The notes beneath the pieces were generated by a model, which saw only the letters and a program-made list of their open reading frames with translations, searched no databases and was not told where the DNA came from. A stretch of DNA of 64,000 bases, from positions 372,001 through 436,000 of the forward strand of contig MU004239.1 in the NCBI GenBank assembly GCA_010405405.1, in the 5' to 3' direction. Origin of the DNA: Microthyrium microscopicum (taxonomy: Eukaryota). Each line of letters begins with the position of its first letter. The first letter of the stretch is position 1. This document shows positions 26,216 through 37,737 of the stretch, in pieces. The translations under genes were made by a program, and so were the position numbers.

Positions 26216-26580
26216 GCGGTGGTGGTTGATGTCTCGTTCGCCCTGACGAGGAGTACTCGGAAAAGCCCGACGACCAAGCTCAAGCCGGTGTAAACGGTAG
26301 ATGTAGTTACCCTACATGCGTCCTCTTTGACGAGACTGGATCAACATTCTACCGTTGGTCTTCCCTGTTGTGCCTGGCACGTCTGGTTGGTTGACTCGTT
26401 GACAGTGATTTGTTATGTCGGACGTCGTTGTTTGGATTTCGGTCTTCCAAGTATTCTACAAAATCGGAGACCCTGAAAAGCAGTCAAGTCAAATCCGTCA
26501 TAACTATACACTGGAAGTCGTACTAACTCTATTCCACTACGTAAACCTTGTATGAATGGCATAAGAAATGGAGTACAGAA
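26216..26580 (+). ncRNA. Candidate structured non-coding RNA (unassigned family)
   Basis: Many nested complementary segments whose G-U pairs favour the + strand; no long ORF; ends in a hairpin followed by ACA. Confidence 0.4.
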
Positions 26581-29500
26581 CAATTCGAGGCGTATACAAT
26601 GATCTTAATCCTTTCGTACCTACGCATGATTCCCCAACTAGAACCACACAGATGGGACATCTACTCACCATGGCGCTTTACCAGCAGGAGTCTACCCGCA
26701 TTAGATACTCTGCTTAATATACCACTAGTTGAGAGTCTCAACGATCATGCTTCGAAGCTCGCCATTAGCGCTCACACTAGAAAGGAAAGAAGTTTTTATT
26801 TAGAATCAAGTGGACAATTTACTGACGATCTTCAGGATCTATTCTCGTCCTCGTTAATGTGCGAGATAGTCTAGACCTTGACGATCAATGTTTTCGCCAG
26901 TGCAAGCAAACCGCTGGACGAGACTTCTTCACATTCAGAAAAAGAGCAACGATTTCTCTACGTCGTATCAGACCTGGTTTATCATGGTGTCAATGCTCAT
27001 TTATGGACTCGTGCTTTACACTTCTCTTTCCGCACTCGGACAAATAATGGCTGACAAGTATGTATGGGTTTGTTGTAACACAGACCACTGTTACCGGATA
27101 ATTTAACGAAAGGTGTTCACGCTTTGACATAGATGGCGTGTTTTGTGTCGTCTAATATCCCTTATTTCCAGGAATTTGAATGTTTGAACTTTCGGATGTT
27201 ACTGGATCATGGTTGTGAATATTCCTGGGTTACGGAATCAGGTCGTGATATTTAGGGTACTTTATGGAACTGGCTGATATTGTGGAAGATGGTGGTGAGC
27301 TCGGATGGAGACTGGGATTATTCGGTGTATGAAAATTGTTGATTGACTGGCTGACTTTGATATGTAAAGTTTGGTGACTGTGGATTGTACTGCGAAGAGT
27401 GAGGGGATCCTTATGGTGCTGTTGAAGTAGACAGCTCATGGTCGAGGAGAAAGGCCCAGGATATTGGATGCTCTTCGGTTTGCGCCATTGTTGGTAGGTT
27501 GTAGGCTTGGTAGGCTCGAATCTGCTACTCAATGGTTGATGTGGTATGCCTCAGGAACGTCCTGCATATCCAGGCCTCGTCGTATATGTCGTCTTTCAAG
27601 AGATGAAACTAAAGCAAGGAGACTAAAGTATCACAAAAGACTATTAAAATAGCTCAGATCGTCGCAAAAATGATACTCTATAGCAAGGTCAAGACTCCGA
27701 CTCAAGAGCAACCCCCATTATCAACAAAACCTACTCTCGTAGCTGTAGAGTAACTTGTGGCGATCAGTGTCTGGCCAGTGCTAAAATATCCCCTGTCATG
27801 CTACATAACAAACCTTGCATTCGAAGTTGATACACATCAGTCATGTCAAGCCACGGCCGTGAAGTCCATATTGATATACCAACCATGAAGCGCACTGAGC
27901 AGCCACATAAGGACCAACGAGGAAGATCATACCATGCTAAGAGTAGGGCTATAGCTCTCTATAAGTGTTCTTAGCCGGGTATCAAGCCGCATTTAATGGC
28001 CTGTAAAGCCGCATAATATATCCAGAACCAGACCGAGGCCGTTGAAATTAACTTTTATATTGCTACGGTGATCCGGATATCGGGACTACCACACATTCTG
28101 TGAGAAATAACCAGGATACTTTTGGCTTGTTTGCATATACTACGACTACTTCAGCTAGTATTGCCGTGAGGGAGTGTCTACGATGATGGCGAACGTGCTA
28201 GACTTTTTCCCTGGTATTCGGTATTCGGCCCCATCAGTCCGCAGACTAATAATGAGCCCATCAGATATTGTGTATTCTATCGCCGCCTCAGACGGCCCGA
28301 AAGGTGGTCATGCTGAAGACCATATCATTTGCTTTCTTCAGTCTCTCGTTATCCTGAAATTTGGATATTGGCGCCGCGCAGCCTAAGATTATATTTTGTC
28401 TACTGATATCTTCCAGTGTGGCAGCAAGTAATCAAAGTAGGGCTTTCAGTTAAATGCCAAGTTCAGATTATTTGCATGTAGCTTTTATCCAATTGATGTT
28501 GAGGATAGGGTGACAGATCTTACAAGTTACAACCAAACAGAATTGAGAACATCAATGAGCGACTAACTATCAAGTCCAATGCAGCCAATATACATTTCTG
28601 TCGTGGAGAACGCGAGTGCTATCCAAGAACCTCAGGAGTCGGAAAATTATCAAAAAGCATGTTAAGCATCGGCACTGATCTCCCAAGGACCATGTCCCAA
28701 ACCCGTGGGTTAACCATGCAGTCGGAGGTCGTTCCTCAATCGCTGCACGAGCGAAGCCGAGCCGAACCAGTCTTCGAGGGCTTCTGGAAGAAATATGTGC
28801 CTGTATCAAGGAGCATAGTGCAAAGTACGTATAGGGAAATATAGCAATGCATGTGCCAAAGTGTATCCTGTATATCAATATTTTTGTGATCAACCCAAAC
28901 TTTTTGTGTACCATCAGCCTTCAGGGATAGTTAGTCTAGAGAACGACATTCTAGAAATAGAAAGTTTATATCAACAATCTACGGAATAACTGTGGTTCAC
29001 TTCAAGGTATATCCCAATTGATGGCCAGATGTTTTTGTCAATTCGGCCACCTTACCGCCCGCACCACCGAGTACTTTGACTGGTTGAGGCAATATCGGCC
29101 GACGACCCGTCAGCACTAAGATGTCGTTGAGTGTTCTGTGGAATCGAGACTTGATAGTCTCTGCCAAGTTCGGAGCTGATTGCATGTTTTCACGGTCATA
29201 TAGAGCGATCTGGTCTATCAAACGGAGGAACTTAGAGGAGAATTCAACAAACATCTCCCGTTCTTATAGAACATAGAATCGTCGTTATATGCTGATTTTA
29301 ACCTAACGGAGCGAGTTGAAGTATCCATACTCGTGCACTCATTGTAGGGATATTTTAATTTATGGCTAATCCGAACGGCTGCAAATCACTGTCCTACGGA
29401 CGGATGAGATCAATTGACACTGAAGTGTCTCGGTTCATATATTGAACCTGAAGGAAATTACGTACCCTGGAAAAAGCGAGGGCCTCAACTGAACCAAGTA

Positions 29501-29729
29501 CCGAGTCTTGTCAAAAAGATGTTAACGGGGGATCCCTTATTTTAGATTCTCCAATAAACAATCCCCAAGAACATACTCTAACATTAATAAAAGGGCCGTA
29601 CACGGCAACGGCAGTTAGCACAGATATATAGTTCTTCTCATCTGGCCGTTGGTTTGGAACGATTCATTTTTTCTTGTAATCTTACTACCCTTTCAAAACA
29701 CTCTCTTTATCAAATAGGCATTGGGTACC

Positions 29730-30880
29730 ATGTTTTTCTCAAAAGCTCTTGTTTTTGCTGTGCTCAGCTTAGGTGTTGCTGCAAACGAAGCGGCAGTGGC
29801 AGCAGAGGACTGCGCCAGACAACCAGGTATGTTGGAGTGCGAGCATTACACAGACTTCAATTCGTACTAACTGTCGTCTCAGTTAATACCGAACGCGATA
29901 AATGCTACCTTCGCCAGCACGACTGCAACAATATATGTATGAAAATCATAACCCCTCCACCAAATATCGGACACTGACTCTCCACACCAGCCCACTCCAG
30001 CCCATCCTTATACGATCAATGTCAAGCGTACTGGAAGAACCGAAAGACAGATTGGAAAGCGACCTTGGATGAATGTACAGCAAACGAGAAAGTCGACGAA
30101 GACAAGCGAGAATGCTACTCCTCAGTCTGCGAAAAACTCAGTCCGTTCAAATCCACACCACCCACTCCTCCAACTCCTCAACTAACCCGATCTCAGCCGT
30201 AAACGACCGTGACGCCTGTTGGGATAAGATCAGCGCCCTCTGCTACCGTCGAAGTAAAATCCCCCTCCTCCTCCCAACGATGATATAAAAAGCTGACGAA
30301 ACCACCCAGGCACAGTAGAGAAGCGCGACTCCTGCTACTCCAGCCGGGGCGAATGCTCCGAAATCAGTAAGTGCCATCCCATTCATATCTACCCTCGTCT
30401 CAGTAGTCATACTAATACGTTTCACAGAGGATTCACGAAAGCTAGCAGACTGCAACAAAAAGCATCCAAAAGCAACATCAGCACCAGCACCACCACGCGC
30501 GACATCCGCACCAGCCAGCTGCAGCGGAGACAACGACTGCTTCAACAAAGGTGTCTGTGACCGAATCCGTAAGTTTCCCCAAAATCAATGACGAGGAAGA
30601 GGCAGTGAACTAACATATTTGGGGATTCAGAGGATAATGTGCGACACGATGAGTGCTACTACAAGAAGAAGAACCGGACATGCGACCCAATGCGTAAGTG
30701 AATTGTTCGATATTGAGAGCAATAAAGAGCTAACGATGTGGATATGTAGGCGAGTTGAAGGCACGGGATTTCTGCTATGCTTGCACCAAGCAATGTAACA
30801 GAATCAGCAATGATCCTACTTCCAACGACATGTATGAGGGATGTAATCGGGGAACATTGTCAGCATCATGCAACAACTAA
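29730..30880 (+). CDS. Secreted cysteine-rich repeat protein (249 aa, 22 Cys, 8 exons), effector-like
   Basis: Exons 29730-29826, 29883-29936, 29991-30140, 30197-30253, 30310-30366, 30428-30568, 30631-30693 and 30750-30880 give an uninterrupted ORF with signal peptide MFFSKALVFAVLSLGVAA; all 7 introns are GT-AG with CTAAC/CTGAC/CTAAT branch sites. Confidence 0.85.
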
Positions 30881-31085
30881 GAATTTTGAATAGTTGAAAT
30901 GGGAGAACGGGGGAATAGAGGAGGCGAGAAAAAACTGTTGTACTAATAATGGAGCGAACAAAAAACAGTATGGGACTCATTAAAGATTGCAAACTTGTCT
31001 ATTGAGTTCGCTAAAAAGAAGAATGCTATTGGTAATTTAAGCAACGTGAATTCATTAGGAAGGTTACCACCAGCTTTTGCTATCA

Positions 31086-32715
31086 TCATTTCTTCTTGAA
31101 GCCTAGAAGCTTATGCAGCTTCGCTTCCTTCTCGCCTGGGCCCATTTTGGGTTTGTCCTTGCCTTCTTTCTTAAATAGGCCACCAAGGAAGCTTCCCTTT
31201 TTCTCGCCCTCTGGCTCCTGGTCTGTTTGAAGTTCAACATTAAGCGCTTTTGCGGCGCCCATGGCATCAGCGGTCAATACAGGCGCTTGCCGCAGCTCAG
31301 CGCTCGTCTCTGCATCCCAGACCATGCTTACCAGCACATTACCGCGCCAGCCAGCCTTGACAATGACGTCGTATGTTGCATCATCCGGCAAGCTCACATG
31401 TGCGCCGCTGGCATCTACCCAGCGTAGTGTGAAGCGCGCTTCGGGATGGCGCATTTGCAGCCGCACGGTATCGTACACGGCTCGCCCACTGGCGCTTCCA
31501 CGGACGAACACGGTCTCGATGATTGCCTGGTCCGGTAGACGAACACGCACGCGCACGCGGTCGACAGCGTCCTGCGCAGCCTGTCGTTCACGTGCGGCGG
31601 CGGCAAGCTCAGCGTCCGAGGCGAGTCGCCTGTTGCGCGTTTCTTGAACGAGACGCGCTTGATGCTTGGTAGCATGTTCGAGGGTGGGTATGAAATCGGC
31701 TTCATTGTAAGGCTGCTGAGCTGCCAAAGGAGTGGAAGATGTGGGCGGGGTGTAGATGGTGATTGACGGGGGGGCAGTAGATGAAGTGGATGGTGCTTGA
31801 TCGGCCGGTGGTTGTGATGATGGTGCTGGTGCTCGCTCTTCTTGCGTAGGAGTTGGTAATAAAGTGGGTTCTAGAGACTTCTCATTCGGTATTGATGGCG
31901 TGAGCTCGCCCTGGGGAAGAGAAGTTGGATTCAAGGTTGGGGCATCGGTCATAACGGTGTCGGCAGCTTCGATGTCCTGCTTCGGAGATATGTTTTCTTG
32001 CTTGCTTTCAGCGGGAATCGACGACTGTGACATGTCCGACGGCGCTGTAATTGATGATGATTGATTTGATGTACCAACGGTAAAATAGGTGGTGATATCT
32101 CGCATGGCATCTTCCAACGGAATTTCAGTAGGTTTGAAAACCAGTCGAAGCAGAATATTGCCGCTGGTTACCCCGATCTGGGTCAAGGTCTTTTGAAGAT
32201 CTACAAAAGTGCCAAGTTCTCTGTTCATTGCATTCAGGGTCGGCATTTCGTAGAACAGCCTTCCAGAGCCATTTTGTGTACTTGGTGTCGCTCTTTCAGT
32301 TAGGTTGAGTTTCTCTTGGGTTTCGACAACTCTTAGAATCTCCCATATTGATATCGTAGAAGCGAATTTGTGAGTAATTCTTTTATTGCCCTCTGCTTCG
32401 GGCAATTGTACTGCAACTGTGATCACTGTTGGCGACCTTGATCCTTGAACCAGTTGCAGTTGGGCTCCACCTGGTAGACCGGCTAGTCGTATAGTTCGTG
32501 ATAAATCCACGGGCTTGTCATTGTGTCTAGTTATATCAGGACTCGCAGATTTTCAACAGCTCTTCTACCACAACTCACTTCAAAATCCAATCGTCTCCAT
32601 TCAACCCAAGCTTTTTGCAGCCCTCTTGTAGCACATCACTCAAGTAGGTGGTCGGAGTAGTCGGGACACGAATTCTGTGCGCACGCGTGTCCACGATAAA
32701 GACGTGAGACGCCAT
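31086..32715 (-). CDS. TUG/ASPSCR1-like UBX-domain protein (Ubx4-like)
   Basis: N-terminal TUG-UBL (MASHVFIV...DVLQEGC...VDLSRTIRLAGLPGGAQLQL), UBX RVRVRLPDQ; one intron near 32527-32578. Confidence 0.85.
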
Positions 32716-33994
32716 GCTGAGCTGAGTATCAAAAGAAGTCCAAAGATTATATCCAGCCTATGGAGTATACGAAGGTAGGGGTAGAGTCGACTTGCGTTTG
32801 AGTGGAAGTTGTGACGGGTGGTTGGCTCGACTGCTGGCTGAGGAGAGGATCGCTGGCGCTCACGAGATTGGAATCGTTTCCAAGTGATGCAAGAGATCCA
32901 AGTATGGGAGAGGGCGATTAGCAGATGAGTTTCACGGCGTCGGAGAGATAGGCCTTCTAGAGCATTGGCCATAAGGTAGAAGTGCAAGTGGAAGGCGCAG
33001 TTTATGACATGGCGGGGAAGTCTGGGACACGCGCACAGGCTACAGCTTTAAGTTACTGTAGATTAAGAAGAAGAGTAAAGAAGTAATTGGAAGGTTCTGC
33101 GACAATGATTGCTTTGATTTGGTGGAATGGTGAATTTGTAATGGAGATGGTCAGATGGATTTGGGTTCAAATGTTGAAGGCAACAAGCTGTCGTCAGATC
33201 CACAAGTTTAGTAGCCCTTGTAACCATGCAACCGGAATTGAGTACGCATTTTACCCGCTTCCAAATTGTCTTGCCGTTCAATGTTTTTTCATATATGATA
33301 TTGCACTTGGTACGTCAAGTATTTAAGTATGTAGTCGCCGTTGTAGATTAAATGCAGATATCTTCGTAACGGAGTAAAAGAAGAGCCTTGTCATGTCACT
33401 AATCCATCTGAGAATAAAAGTAACCTTCTCTAGTTCACTTCTCCACAGTTCTATCTCATCATACACGTAAAACTCAAGAAAGTGATATCCAGAACTGCTC
33501 CTCTACTCAGGATTGAACTTCTCTTGATCGTTTGCTATATGAGCGTTGAAAGTATTAAGTGTTATATATTCTGTCACGAGAACTTTTTTCGGATTGTTAG
33601 TCTGATACACATCACAATCATCAAGGCCAAAAACTTGTAATTTGGATAAAACGAATTCAGAGCTTTTGGTGTCGTCATGCAAGAATACTCATCAATACCC
33701 AACATCCAGCAGAAGTTGAGCTTTGGAATGAAATACATATATCAAGCTTCTGTTGGGTAAAATTGAAGCTTGAGTAGAGTAGAAATACATGCTTGGTAAA
33801 ATGAAAAGAGCGGCTGGCCGCGGGGCATTATTTACAAAAGCTTGGCACTCATTACTTCACGATGTTGAGCGCCCCACTGCCGCACGTAACCACCACCAAA
33901 CTTGCATCTTGATATCTTCTACTTTTCTCCCACTCTTACAATCCTCTACTTCAAACCCTGAAATCTCGAAAGAACCTGCATATAGGCACTCGAC

Positions 33995-35144
33995 ATGTCC
34001 AAAGTTGTCGATGTCCGCTCCCAGGAGCACTTTGAGCAGATCCTTCGCGGCTCCAAAGTTGTTCTTGTTGATTGTAAGCAAACTTTCAAAGCCGCGCTGC
34101 ATTCACGAGTTTACTAACCATCTTCTAGTCTGGGCTGACTGGTACGAATCATATCTAGTGCTTGAGTTATTAACATTCTAACTTTTTCAAGGTGTGAGCC
34201 CTGTAAAGTAATCGCGCCTCACTTTGAGAAGCTTGCCGACAAATGGACACGACCAAATACTATTACCTTCGCCAAAATCGAGCAAGACCAGAATGCTCAG
34301 CTATCAGCCCGACACAATGTTAATACGTTAGTCATTCTTCTTCTTGTAGCTAGTAGCTTGCTGACATTTTTCTTTGCGACACAGGATACCTACCATCATC
34401 CTCTTTGAGAGTGGCAAGGAGACACAGCGCTTCAAGGGCAGCGACATCAGCAGTCTCGTCAAAATAACAGATCGTTTCGCCGAGATCGCATCAAGCTCAA
34501 GCTCGTGGACTGGCAATAACCTTCCTCGTGGCTATACCGACATCACGCATCAAGTTGATCAGTTGGGCATGGAGCTCTTAAATGCTGACTCGTCCCTTGG
34601 ATCTGCGCGAACGTTATTCAGCGAAGATAAGCCGAGCGGCGTGGAATCGGCAGCAGAGAAGGGTAAAGGAAAGGCATCTGACGGAGCTGGAAAGTCAGAG
34701 ATTGATTGGATCGAAAGCGATACAGATGCTCAACTCATGCTCTACATCCCATTTCAGTCAACAGTCAAGGTTCATTCGCTCCAAATCACCTCATACGCAC
34801 CGCGAACAGAAGACGACGATGACGATGATATTCCGGCACGGCCACATCGAATCGAACTCTATAGTAATCGTTCGCATAACCTTGGCTTCGAGGAAGCAGA
34901 GGATATTACGGCCACCCAAGTGATTGACATCAAACCCACGGATTGGGATGAAAAGTCCAAGACTGCCATTGTTGAGATGCGCTTTGTGAAGTTTCAAAAC
35001 ATCTCAAGCCTTGTTGTGTTCGTTGTGGACGCTGAGCATGACTCTGAAAAGACGCGCATTGATCGCATTCGAATCATTGGCGAGTCTGGCGAAAAGCGAA
35101 CGATGGGTAAACTCCAAAAGATTGGCGATGAGCCGGGCGAGTAG
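33995..35144 (+). CDS. Thioredoxin + PITH domain protein (TXNL1/Txl1-like)
   Basis: Spliced VLVDFWADWCEPCK, IPTIILF; PITH motifs ESDTDAQLMLYIPFQSTVKVHSLQI and RFVKFQNISSLVVFV. Confidence 0.9.
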
Positions 35145-37303
35145 AAAAGTTGAAGAAATCTGCTATGGCAGTCCTTTTGTTGCAGAGCAGTACCTCAAAG
35201 AGCATTCACCACAAGCTGACACTCTCTGTTCGTAAGCTTGGTCAACTCAAACTAGATATAATCACAAAGGCCAAGTTGAGAGAGATTCAACAACCGTTCT
35301 ACCATCTCCAACGACGACCAGAAGGCAGACTTGCGATCAGATCACCCAATCCTTCGAACACAAACGGTCCCTCATCTGAGCAAAACGACCAATGGACCAT
35401 AATACCGCTTAGATCTCCATGTATCGTTCCCACATCATAATTCTCCATACCGCTCGCCATCCCACGACCACCGACGACGAAAAAGGTTCTAGTCCACGAA
35501 ATCTTGAACCGTTGCATATTCACAATGCAGGAGATGAGGAGCTGTCACTTTTGTCACGGCATATTGCAGCGAAAATTTATACTATACCACTGTAGAGTTC
35601 TTTAGCTTAGCCAAAAAATCCAGTACTCTTTTATGCACGTCTGACCGCATTTCGCATGTCTACATCAATCCGCCTATCTACAATAACCCGCATCTCTACT
35701 CTAAGCCTTATAGTGAAAATCGGGCCATTTGCATAAGCCGCAAAAGCCATCTTTACAATATCCGATCTAATCACGTCTTGCCAACTGGCACCTGAAGACC
35801 ACAGCTCTTCTCGATCTGCTGATAAGTTATATGCGCGTCTGAGGGGTGCCAATTGGCAAACTTTTCAAACCGCATGGCTGGTGTGAAGTTGACGTCGTTG
35901 GATGTGCTCGAGCTTCCGCTGTCGCAATGCAAAAAGACCAGGAAAACGCCTATCTAACCTGACTTGAGAGCAATCGACAAGAACGGTTGAAAGAGGGGTG
36001 GAGAATGTGGAGAAAGCGTTGCGTTGCCATCATGGAGTTTTCTCTTGCTGGCTGCCGTGCTGGGTGGTGGTGCTTGTTTTCTCTAAATCTTTTCACGATG
36101 GGGATATCGAATTGTGGCCGTTTGCCGTGCCGTCCACACCATGTGATGAATTTTCCTAAGCTATCAACGCGTGTCGCGGGATTTTCTGAGAGTGTCTGGT
36201 ATGGCAGGAAGGATAGATCATGATCACGTCGCTAGCAATTCCATACCATAATGGTCATCACAACAACGCCCTTTCGGACGAAAAGCTAATGCTGATCGTC
36301 TCAATTAGGATATCACGCTAAGATACAGACCACCCGTTTTGGAACGATAAGTAGAGATCCACGAGACTACGAAGCAACCAGCCCGCGCGTTGTGGACGTG
36401 TTTCTTGAAATCTGCAGTGCGTTTGATAATAGCAAGCTTGGTTCGCACTTGGTCAAACTTCAAGCACTAAAGTGGCTATATTCTGCAGGGCGTTTCCTCG
36501 CTTACAAAACGCTGGAATTTTGAGAAAGTCTGTTCCAGGTATCTGGGTGCTAGATGGCCGCAGAATGGGTCTGGGCAGAACTGCAGAGGGTGAAGAAAGA
36601 CGCTGGTAGCGTGCAAGGCGTGCAGATGTGCAGAATGTGGCAGCTTACAGACGGGGATGTCCTTGGTTGAAGAGATTTTCATGGAAAGTGGAGATGATGT
36701 GATGAGAGGTTACTGTGGGCTATGCAACATAATTGTGTTTGATGCCGGCAGTTGGCTACGTTGTTGTAACTTGGCCTTGGAGTTGGATGTTGTGGAAAGA
36801 GGAAATGAGAGAAGTGACGAGATGGATGTTGTAATGTATTTCTCCGAGCGGTGGTTATGCGAGGTGCAGTTTCCGAAGAACGGGATAGAAGCATGCATCT
36901 TTGAGGATTGTATGAATGTATAAGGACTAGTATCTTTTGCTACTACTTATACTACTGTAGATTGTGAGTACTAGATATGCATGCTTATACACAAGCGAGA
37001 TAGTGTTGAGCATATGCTTTGGCCATATAGTATACGCCAACGCTACTACTTGTAGGTTGTAGAAAAGACGTAATGAAAAGCTAAGATGTACTACGGATCT
37101 CAGTATCAGATGTGATGCTTGAGCATGTGAAGTTAGCATTTCTGAAGTCTAGTACAAAGCAGAGAAGCAAACACAAGGAGATTGTCTGACAGCTGCAGCA
37201 CCAAGAAGAAAAGAAAGTAGATACCAATCGTTAGTGAGTCTGCATTGTGCAAGAAGCTTTGAAGTTGGCGATAGATTTCGGCGGTGCTTGGGCATAACGA
37301 CTA

Positions 37304-37737
37304 CAGTGCTGTCGGGATTGAGGTGCCCCCCCCCTAAAAATATAGGATAGGAATTCATAAGTCTAATTGGCCGAAAGTGAGCGCCTTTACTTAGTAGCAT
37401 TTTACGAAGTACCCCATAAAGTGTACAAAGTAGCCCCTTTAAACCATCCTTCTTAGAAACTACTTTCTTTACTTAACGATATAGTCGTCAAAACTCATAA
37501 TGAGATAGAGAAAAAGATAATTTAGAGTTACTATAAAGCTTCCTTTAAGTTAACATAATCAAAATTATATAATATGATTACGACTTTAAGAGACGATATC
37601 TCATAGAAAGAAGAAAGAGAATGTAAAGGGTGGGCTTTGAGAGTTGTCTATGCTTTGCTTTGGGCGCCCTCCAATTAAGCAGCAAGTTGACACTTCATAT
37701 TTTTAGGGGGGGGGGCACCTCAATCCCGACAGCACTG
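37304..37737. mobile_element. Non-autonomous Tc1/mariner-type MITE, 434 bp, ~40-bp TIRs, TA target-site duplication
   Basis: Left TIR CAGTGCTGTCGGGATTGAGGTG(C9)TAAAAATAT at 37304-37343; right TIR is its reverse complement (G10) at 37697-37737; flanked by TA at 37302-37303 and 37738-37739; AT-rich interior without ORF. Confidence 0.9.

Noticed and set aside
26243..26270. Hammerhead-like core CTGACGAG...GGAAA
   Set aside because: Stem II lacks the closing G-C pair and no complementary stem III/UH site was found.
26888..27652. Possible small spliced membrane-protein gene
   Set aside because: One plausible intron, but the joined frame ends after about 18 codons and resembles nothing I recognise.
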